Source of the DNA: Planctomycetota bacterium
GTDB taxonomy: Bacteria > Planctomycetota > SZUA-567
NCBI GenBank assembly: GCA_031254915.1
Contig: JAIRTL010000009.1
Location: 1-12,072 of the forward strand
Direction of reading: 5' to 3'
Length of the DNA stretch: 12,072 nt
The notes below the pieces were generated by a model. The model saw nothing but the letters and a program-made list of their open reading frames with translations. It ran no database searches and was not told the DNA's origin. Of this stretch, positions 1 to 6,096 are shown piece after piece (position 1 is the first letter of the stretch; the number at the start of each line of letters is the position of its first letter). The translations under genes were made by a program, and so were the position numbers.

Positions 1-1
1 T

Positions 2-36
2 GGCCGCAGCCGTAACAGGTTGCGGCCTTACTCTTT
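2..36 (+). terminator. GC-rich hairpin (GGCCGCAGCC-gtaaca-GGTTGCGGCC, stem 2-11/18-27 with one G.U) followed by a T-rich tract TTACTCTTT. Candidate intrinsic terminator of an upstream plus-strand gene lying outside the window.
   Basis: Inverted repeat read directly from bases 2-27, with T-rich tail 28-36. No coding signal in 1-500. Confidence 0.25.
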
Positions 37-504
37 GGCAATCAAGAACTTGCCGAGGCCGTGGGGGCATACGCATACCCCGCCTTTCCCCATCCCGATC
101 ATTGGCGGGTCTTCGTTGAATCGTTGGAGAGAATCGCACGGCGGGGTGTTTGATTTTCTCCAAAAGTCCACATACCGGGCGCGGCCCGAAATTGTGGCGA
201 TGGGGGATGGGACTGCCCTGTTTCACATCTGCTTCCCTTGGCCGTTTCATGGCCGCGCACAGTTGGGGGGATCACGCCTTCGGACCGTGAACGGCATATT
301 TTCGGCGCGGTCGTTTCCCTCCGATCGACGCCGCGATCATTGGCGCGGCGCTTCGCCGCAATTACCCCTTGGCGGGCAGGCGGCGGCGAGGTATCATGGC
401 GAAGCAGGCGGCGTCGCAAAATCGCGGAACCATGAGCCTCCCCGGCTCGCCGCGCCCGGCCGTCGCCGCGTCATACACATTTTCCGTTCGCGAGGGACGA
501 CATT

Positions 505-2088
505 ATGCCAACCGACGAGGAACTCGATCTGTTGCAGTCCGGAAAACGCTTTCCCCCCAGGAATCCGAAAAAGGGCAAATGGGCCAGGAAGGCGATAAAG
601 ACGATGATTATGGGAACGGCACTGGCGTTCGTCGTCGCCCTCCTCGTCTTTGTCGGCCTGTTCATATGGTACGGCTGCCGGATCGAGCCGGAAGGCGACC
701 AGATCGCCATCCTGATCCGCAAAACAGGCGAGGACCTCAAGGCCAACGAAATCATCTCCACCCGCGACGGGCAGAAAGGGATCAAGCTCGAAACCCTCCC
801 CGCCGGTCGCCACTTCTACAACCCGTACGACTGGGACTGGCAGCTCGCGACCGTCACCAACATCCCGGCCGGCCGCCTCGGCGTGGTGACGCGCCTGTAC
901 GGGGACGAACTCCCCGAGGGCGAGATCATCGCGCCCCCCGGGTTCAAGGGGATCGTCGAGGATATTCTTCGCCCCGGCAAGTACAGGATCAACCCGTACG
1001 CCGAACGGGTCGAAGTGTTCGACGCGATCACAATCCGTCCCGGTCATGTCGGCGTCGTCGCCAACCTCGCCGGCAGGGATCCCCTGCACAGCGATCTTCC
1101 CCCGGAAATGAAAAACGTCTTTATCGTCGGCGAAGGCGTCAAGGGGGTGCAGGACAGGACGCTGGGCCCGGGGACGTATTATCTCAACCCCTATCTCCAT
1201 TCGGTCGTGGAGGTGAACCTCCAGAGCCAACGCTTCGCCCTTCAGGGCGAGGACGCCATCTCCTTCCTCACCCAGGACGGCTTCACCGTCGTGGTCGAGG
1301 GGACGCTTGAATTCGCGATCACCCGCGACAGGGCGCCGCAACTGACCAACCAGGTCGGCGACATGGACGACATTCTCAAGAAGATCGTCCTTCCGAAGGC
1401 GCGCGGCTTTTCGCGGATCGAGGGAAGCAAGCACCCGGCGATCGACTTCATCGTCGGCGAAACGCGGCAGGAATTCCAGAACCGGCTTGAGCAGAACCTG
1501 ATCGCCCAATGCGCGCGCTGGGGCATCGACATCCGCTCCATGCTGATCCGGAACATCACTCCGCCCGCCGAGGTGACGGCGATCATCCGCGAGCGCGAGG
1601 TCGCGCTCCAGAACCAGAAGAAGATCGAGCAGCAGATCGAACAGGCGCGGTCGCAGGCGGAACTGACCCGCCAGGAGATGCTTGCCGTCCAGAACCGGGA
1701 AAAGGTGGAGTCGGAGACGGCGGCGATCCGCGCCCGCATCCAGGCGGAACAGGAGCAATCGGTGAAGATCACCTCGAGCATGCGCGAACTCGAGGTCGCG
1801 AAGCTCGAGGCGGAGGCGGCGAAGCTCCAGGCCGACGCCATCATGATCCGGGCCGAAGCCGACCGCGACGTGGTGAAAATGCGGAACACCGCCGAGGCGG
1901 ACGTCGCCAAGGCGATGGTGGACGCGTTCGGCGGCGGCGTGGACCTTGCCCGCTACACGCTCTACAAGAAAACGGCGCCGCTGATCCAGGCGATCGTCTC
2001 CACCGATCGCGCGCCCGGGTTGGGCGGCATTTTCGGTTCGTTCGCGCCGAAGACGCCCGGCGCGGGCGGCGGCGGACAGGGACGCTGA
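505..2088 (+). CDS. Flotillin-like SPFH/band-7 family membrane protein (paralog A): N-terminal TM/hairpin segment, three tandem PG-x-Y-x-NP repeats, SPFH core, long EA-rich coiled coil, Gly-rich C-tail.
   Basis: The 527-aa ORF has a purine-rich SD (GAGGGA) 8 nt upstream of the ATG. A hydrophobic segment MIMGTALAFVVALLVFVGLFIWYG follows a K/R-rich N-terminus. The SPFH-core-like block is FLTQDGFTVVVEGTLEFAI ... IDFIVGETRQEFQNRLEQNL ... GIDIRSMLIRNITPPAEV. The C-terminal heptad-like EA repeats (LEVAKLEAEAAKLQADAIMIRAEADRDV) are typical of flotillin/FloT/YqiK. The antisense 454-aa ORF 394..1758 is a GC artefact. Confidence 0.85.
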   Translation: MPTDEELDLLQSGKRFPPRNPKKGKWARKAIKTMIMGTALAFVVALLVFVGLFIWYGCRIEPEGDQIAILIRKTGEDLKANEIISTRDGQKGIKLETLPAGRHFYNPYDWDWQLATVTNIPAGRLGVVTRLYGDELPEGEIIAPPGFKGIVEDILRPGKYRINPYAERVEVFDAITIRPGHVGVVANLAGRDPLHSDLPPEMKNVFIVGEGVKGVQDRTLGPGTYYLNPYLHSVVEVNLQSQRFALQGEDAISFLTQDGFTVVVEGTLEFAITRDRAPQLTNQVGDMDDILKKIVLPKARGFSRIEGSKHPAIDFIVGETRQEFQNRLEQNLIAQCARWGIDIRSMLIRNITPPAEVTAIIREREVALQNQKKIEQQIEQARSQAELTRQEMLAVQNREKVESETAAIRARIQAEQEQSVKITSSMRELEVAKLEAEAAKLQADAIMIRAEADRDVVKMRNTAEADVAKAMVDAFGGGVDLARYTLYKKTAPLIQAIVSTDRAPGLGGIFGSFAPKTPGAGGGGQGR

Positions 2089-2089
2089 A

Positions 2090-2809
2090 ATGCCGGAGGA
2101 AGCAGGCGCGCCCGGCGATCGCGCGGAAGCGGTCCCCCGCCACCTCCGGATCGACGGCTTCGACGCCTATGTGAAGGCGGACGGAACCGACTACTGGCGG
2201 ATTCTCCGCACATTTTTGCATGGCGGCGTCGAAGCGGAGAATCTGAAGCACAACCGCGGCAAGCGCAAGGTTCACGCGTTCGATTTCGGGGGCAGGCGCT
2301 ACGTCCTCAAGCGCGACCTGATGCGGAGTCTCGGCCTGCGCCACGTTTTTCCCGGCGGCGGCTGGACCTACCACACCAGGATCATGCGCAAGGTCAACCG
2401 GGCGGTCGATCTCGGCTGCCGCGCGACGCCGGACATCTATCTGGTCGCCGAGAGGTGGAAAGGGAGGTTCCGGCAGGAAGCGTTCGTTCTCATGGAATTC
2501 GTCGAGGGAACGATACTGAGGGACGCCGGCGACGCGGGGAATTACCGCGACGCGATCCGCGAGGCGATGCTGGAAATGCACCGGTTCGGCCTCACGCTGT
2601 CGGACGTCAACAGCCGGAATTTCCTGGTCGGTCCGGACGGGGTGAAAGTGATAGACATCGCCTGCCGCTTCCCGGATTTCCTCTCGATCATCAGGGACGG
2701 GCTCAAGGTCAAGGCGCGGTATAACGTGGAATTGCCGGTCACCGGGCTCATGAACCGGTTCTTTGGATTCGCCATAGCGGTTTTTTACACTCTACGCGGG
2801 AAAACATGA
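2090..2809 (+). CDS. Small protein-kinase-like fold protein of the Kdo/WaaP/InaA lipopolysaccharide-kinase (RIO-like) type, embedded between the two SPFH genes.
   Basis: The 239-aa ORF starts 1 nt after the stop of the upstream gene (TGAaATG) and has an AGGGA SD. It has a Gly-rich loop plus Lys (AFDFGGRRYVLKRD) and a hinge-like acidic/hydrophobic motif (FVLMEFVEGTIL). The catalytic-loop-like block GLTLSDVNSRNFLVGPDGVKVIDIA parallels KdkA ICHTDLNAHNILL...LLDFD (D and N conserved, His replaced by Leu). The C-terminal tail GLMNRFFGFAIAVFYTL is hydrophobic. Comparison to KdkA and PF06293 is from memory, not a search. Confidence 0.7.
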   Translation: MPEEAGAPGDRAEAVPRHLRIDGFDAYVKADGTDYWRILRTFLHGGVEAENLKHNRGKRKVHAFDFGGRRYVLKRDLMRSLGLRHVFPGGGWTYHTRIMRKVNRAVDLGCRATPDIYLVAERWKGRFRQEAFVLMEFVEGTILRDAGDAGNYRDAIREAMLEMHRFGLTLSDVNSRNFLVGPDGVKVIDIACRFPDFLSIIRDGLKVKARYNVELPVTGLMNRFFGFAIAVFYTLRGKT

Positions 2810-4674
2810 TGCGCACAAACAACACAAACGGACTGCATGGGGATACGCCGATGAAAGACGCCGACGTCACCGCCATCACCACGGAAAATACGCTGAAAAA
2901 GGGAGGGCCGGGCTTTCTCCGCCGCCGCTTCGGCCTGATCGGCGGCGCGATCGTCGTTCTCGCCGTCCTTTGGGCGATCTGGTCGTGGGGCTTTTGCCGC
3001 TTCTACGTCGGCCCCGGCCAGATGGCGATCATCACGGCGAAGCGCGGCGATCCGCTGGAATCGGGACAGATCCTCGCCAGGCCGGGACAGAAAGGCGTGC
3101 TCGAAGACGTGCTTGGCGAAGGCAGGCACATCTGGAACCCGGTCTTCTACGACTGGGAGATCGTCGACGCCCAATACATTCCGCCGGGGAAGGTCGGCAT
3201 CCTGACCTCGCTCGTCGGCGAAGACCTTCCCCCCGGCGAGTTCCTCGCCGAACCGGGGCAGAAAGGCATCCGCCGGAAAGTCCTCGGTCCGGGCATGTAC
3301 CGCCTGAATCCGCGCGGCTACAGCATCGAGGTCATCGACGCCATGAGCATCCCCATGGGGTTCGCCGGCGTCGTCACCTACCTCAGCAGCGGCGATCTGC
3401 CGGCGAGCGCCTTCGTGAACGACAACGCCGACGAAAAAACCCGCCGCGACATTCTCCAGCCCGGCATCTATTACATCAACCCCCGCGCCCACCGGGTCAA
3501 CGCCGTCGAGGTCGGCGTCAACCAGGTTTCACTTCAGGGGCAGGACGGAGGCATGATCCTCACCAAGAGCGTCACCTTGGACGAAAACAACCTCATGATG
3601 CAGCGGCTGAACCAGAACATCCTCGCCGAACAGCGTCGGCAGCGCGCCGTCTACCAGCAGGACAGGCTGGGCGAGCAAAGCGCCGACCATTCCATCATGG
3701 CGGAAATGATGAACGACCCCGGCGCGCCCGCCAGGGGAATGCTCCGGAAGTCGCTGCCGTCGGCGCAGGCCCCGGGATCGGTCGACGGCCGCGCCATTTC
3801 GCTGGAAAGGGACGTGGCGCCGGCGATCGTCCTCGACCAGTACGTCAACTTCCCCTCCCGGGACGGCTTCGACATCCGGCTCGACATGACGGTCGAGTTC
3901 GAGCTCCGGCCCGAACATCTCGCTTCGATCTACAAGGTGTACGGCGACCTTCCGAGCGTGGTCGACAAGACAATCATGCCGCAGATCCTTTCCATCTCCC
4001 GGAACAAGGGTTCCGCCTACCGCGCCGTCGACTTCATCGCCGGCGAAGGCAGGGAGAAATTCCAGAACGACCTGACCGACACGCTCAAGGAATCGCTCGG
4101 CAAGGAGGACATCACCATCCACAGCGCCCTCATCCGCAACGTCAACGTCCCGGACCAGATTCTCGAACCGCTCCAGGTCGCGTCCCTGTCGCGCGAGACG
4201 GAACTGACCAACCGGGAAAAGCAGAACACCGCCCGCAAACAGGCCGACCTCAACCGGGAAATGTCGCTCATCAAGCAGTTCGGCGAGCAGGTCATGCAGG
4301 AGACGACCAAGCTCAAGGCCGAGATCGACGCCGAGCGCGAAAAGACGGTGGCGATGATCCAGGCGGACACCCTCCGGCGCATGGCGGCGATCGACAGGGA
4401 AACGGCCGGCGTCAGGGCGCAAAAGGTTGTGGCCATCGGCGAGGCGGAAGCCGATGCGCTGCGTCTGATCGAAATGGAACGCGCCATGGGCTTCGGAATG
4501 AAAGTCGCCGCCTTCGGCGCCGAAAGCGAAAATTTCGCGCTCTACGAATTCGCCAACAGCCTCAACCCGGAAATGCGCATCAACCTGCTCCACGCCGGCG
4601 AGGGAACCCTGTGGACGGACCTGCAGCGCGCCGGCGTCGGCGACCTCGGCGGATCGACGCTGCTGCGCGAATGA
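2806..4674 (+). CDS. Flotillin-like SPFH/band-7 family membrane protein (paralog B): same architecture as paralog A plus an ~85-aa Q/R-rich insertion before the SPFH core.
   Basis: The 622-aa ORF start ATGATG overlaps the kinase stop (ATGA), indicating translational coupling. An alternative start is M16 (nt 2851). A TM-like segment GLIGGAIVVLAVLWAIWSWGF follows KKGG..RRR. Repeats PGQKGVLEDVLGEGRHIWNP.., PGQKGIRRKVLGPGMYRLNP.., LQPGIYYINP.. mirror paralog A. The SPFH core FPSRDGFDIRLDMTVEFEL...VDFIAGEGREKFQNDL...ITIHSALIRNVNVPDQI aligns to paralog A residue-for-residue. The C-terminal coiled coil is EA-rich. The alternate-frame R/P-rich 583-aa ORF 2970..4721 and the antisense 400-aa ORF are artefacts. 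Confidence 0.85.
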   Translation: MMRTNNTNGLHGDTPMKDADVTAITTENTLKKGGPGFLRRRFGLIGGAIVVLAVLWAIWSWGFCRFYVGPGQMAIITAKRGDPLESGQILARPGQKGVLEDVLGEGRHIWNPVFYDWEIVDAQYIPPGKVGILTSLVGEDLPPGEFLAEPGQKGIRRKVLGPGMYRLNPRGYSIEVIDAMSIPMGFAGVVTYLSSGDLPASAFVNDNADEKTRRDILQPGIYYINPRAHRVNAVEVGVNQVSLQGQDGGMILTKSVTLDENNLMMQRLNQNILAEQRRQRAVYQQDRLGEQSADHSIMAEMMNDPGAPARGMLRKSLPSAQAPGSVDGRAISLERDVAPAIVLDQYVNFPSRDGFDIRLDMTVEFELRPEHLASIYKVYGDLPSVVDKTIMPQILSISRNKGSAYRAVDFIAGEGREKFQNDLTDTLKESLGKEDITIHSALIRNVNVPDQILEPLQVASLSRETELTNREKQNTARKQADLNREMSLIKQFGEQVMQETTKLKAEIDAEREKTVAMIQADTLRRMAAIDRETAGVRAQKVVAIGEAEADALRLIEMERAMGFGMKVAAFGAESENFALYEFANSLNPEMRINLLHAGEGTLWTDLQRAGVGDLGGSTLLRE

Positions 4675-4717
4675 CGGCGCGTCCGCCCCCCGTTCCCGGA
4701 AAGGAAAATGACCGCCA

Positions 4718-5284
4718 ATGACGGACGTCATCCGCTGCGGCTGGTGCCTCGGCGCCGAAACGTATACCCGCTACCACGACGAGGAATGGGGCGTGCCGCT
4801 CCGGGACGACCGCGGCCAGTTCGAATTCCTTATTCTTGAAGGCGCGCAGGCCGGGCTTTCCTGGTCCACGATCCTCAACAAACGCGGGAACTACCGCCGC
4901 GCCTTCGCCGACTTCGATCCGGAAAAGGTGGCGCGTTTCACGGACAGTCGGATCGAAAAACTGCTCGCCGACCCCGGCATCGTCAGGAACCGGCTCAAGG
5001 TCAACGCCGCGGTCAACAACGCCAGGCGCTTTCTCGAAGTGCGGGACAAGCACGGGTCGTTCTCCGAGTGGATCTGGTCCTTCGTCGACGGCAAACCGAT
5101 CCGGAACGCATGGCGCAGGCTCGACCAGATTCCAGCCTCCTCCCCGAAATCCGACCGCCTGGCGAAGGAGCTCAAGCGCCTCGGCTTCAAATTCGTCGGC
5201 TCGACCATCATTTACGCGCACATGCAGGCGACAGGCATGATTAACGATCATCTCGTGACCTGCTTCCGCCACCGGGAAGTATGA
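4718..5284 (+). CDS. tag: DNA-3-methyladenine glycosylase I (Tag)
   Basis: The 188-aa ORF has a GGAAAGGAAA SD 9 nt upstream. It collinearly matches the Tag signature: RCGWC, YHDEEWGVP, FEFLILEGAQAGLSWSTILNKRGNYRRAF, GIVRNRLKVNAAVNNAR, FKFVGSTIIYAHMQATGMINDHL.TC. The four Zn ligands Cys/His/His/Cys are present. Confidence 0.93.
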   Translation: MTDVIRCGWCLGAETYTRYHDEEWGVPLRDDRGQFEFLILEGAQAGLSWSTILNKRGNYRRAFADFDPEKVARFTDSRIEKLLADPGIVRNRLKVNAAVNNARRFLEVRDKHGSFSEWIWSFVDGKPIRNAWRRLDQIPASSPKSDRLAKELKRLGFKFVGSTIIYAHMQATGMINDHLVTCFRHREV

Positions 5285-5287
5285 CCC

Positions 5288-6046
5288 ATGCCCGGCCGGC
5301 CGGAGCTGCCCCCAATCATCCCGGGCGTCTACCTCGTCGGTACGCCCATCGGCAACCTCGAGGACATCACCCTGCGCGCGCTCCGGGTGCTTGAATCCGC
5401 CAACGTCCTCGCGGCCGAGGACACCCGCGTCACCCGCAAACTTTTTCAAATCCACCAATTGCAACCACCGAAAACGATCTACGCCTGCAACGCCCACACG
5501 GAGGACAAGGTGGCGGAGCGCCTTGTCCGCCACGCGCAAGCGGGAAAAATCGTCGCCTACGCCTCGGACGCCGGCATGCCCGGCATTTCCGACCCCGGTT
5601 GCCGCATCGCCCGGGCGGCCGCGGCGGCGGGCGCGCATCTCGAGGTCATTCCCGGACCTAGCGCGGTTACGACTGCCATCGCCGCCTCCGGTATCAACGC
5701 CGCGTCCTTCACCTTCCTCGGCTTTCCCTCGCGCCGGAACGGACGCCTGCGGGAAGAACTGCGCCGCCACGGCGCGATGCTCCCGGCACTGGTTTTCTAT
5801 GAATCGCCGCATCGGTTGTCGCGACTGCTCGAAATCGCCAGGGAAATGCTCGGCGACGATCGCAATGCTGCAATATGTCTCGAATTGACCAAGAAATTCG
5901 AGCGTTTTTTCCGAGGAAAGTTGAGCGATGTGAGCGGAATTTTTCGCGATGCGGAAGTCCGTGGCGAAGCGGTGGTTGTGATTGCGGGCAAACGAAAATC
6001 GGCACGCGATTTTGCCGAAGGCGACGAAATACTGATTGACAATTAA
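5288..6046 (+). CDS. rsmI: 16S rRNA (cytidine1402-2'-O)-methyltransferase RsmI (tetrapyrrole-methylase fold)
   Basis: The 252-aa ORF starts 3 nt after the tag stop. The N-terminal motif GVYLVGTPIGNLEDITLRALRVLESANVLAAEDTRVT and the block ASDAGMPGISDPG...IPGPSAVTTAIAASG are characteristic of RsmI. Confidence 0.9.
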   Translation: MPGRPELPPIIPGVYLVGTPIGNLEDITLRALRVLESANVLAAEDTRVTRKLFQIHQLQPPKTIYACNAHTEDKVAERLVRHAQAGKIVAYASDAGMPGISDPGCRIARAAAAAGAHLEVIPGPSAVTTAIAASGINAASFTFLGFPSRRNGRLREELRRHGAMLPALVFYESPHRLSRLLEIAREMLGDDRNAAICLELTKKFERFFRGKLSDVSGIFRDAEVRGEAVVVIAGKRKSARDFAEGDEILIDN

Positions 6047-6063
6047 AACCGGATCCATACCAT
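6036..6063 (+). promoter_or_regulatory. Sigma70-like promoter candidate for the downstream small gene: -35 TTGACA (6036-6041, inside the last codons of rsmI), 16-bp spacer, -10-like TACCAT (6058-6063).
   Basis: Hexamers read directly from the sequence. The -10 lies inside the 26-bp palindrome. Promoter consensus for this unknown lineage is assumed to be E. coli-like. Confidence 0.3.
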
Positions 6064-6077
6064 ATATGGTATGGATC
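6052..6077. promoter_or_regulatory. 26-bp perfect palindrome GATCCATACCATATATGGTATGGATC. Candidate repressor operator with an NrdR-box-like AT core. Alternatively an RNA hairpin between rsmI and the downstream ORF.
   Basis: Perfect dyad symmetry verified base by base (6052-6064 pairs with 6065-6077). It sits 6 nt after the rsmI stop, overlaps the putative -10, and ends 20 nt before the start codon of the NrdD-like ORF. The central 16 bp ATACCATATATGGTAT matches about 12 of 16 positions of the NrdR-box consensus acaCwAtATaTwGtgt as I recall it. Confidence 0.4.
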
Positions 6078-6096
6078 GTTGTGAAAGGGACGAAAT

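Noticed and set aside
20-598. 192-aa ORF (and 99..419 minus, 238..435 plus) in the upstream leader region
   Set aside because: Arg/Pro-rich, with no SD and no domain-like motifs. It overlaps the well-supported start of the SPFH gene. Treated as non-coding leader.
394-1758. 454-aa antisense ORF overlapping SPFH paralog A, plus similar long antisense or alternate-frame ORFs (1242..1910, 1841..2581, 2970..4721, 3529..4731, 4580..6058, 7189..8169, 7724..8173, 8470..9435, 9516..10559, 10346..10951)
   Set aside because: Their composition is extremely Arg/Pro/Gly/Ala-rich and low-complexity, with no recognisable domains. Each lies opposite or out of frame of a gene with clear family motifs. This is the typical stop-codon-poor artefact of high-GC DNA.
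2090-2809. Calling the middle gene specifically kdkA (Kdo kinase) or waaP
   Set aside because: Only family-level motif similarity is visible. The H-x-D and DFD motifs are degenerate, and the flotillin context is unlike LPS-core loci. It is safer to call it a Kdo/LPS-kinase-like protein-kinase-fold protein.
6052-6077. Interpreting the 26-bp palindrome purely as the rsmI intrinsic terminator
   Set aside because: The stem would be AT-rich and there is no following U-tract. Its position over a TTGACA-N16-TACCAT promoter and 20 nt from the next start codon fits an operator better. The terminator reading is kept only as an alternative.
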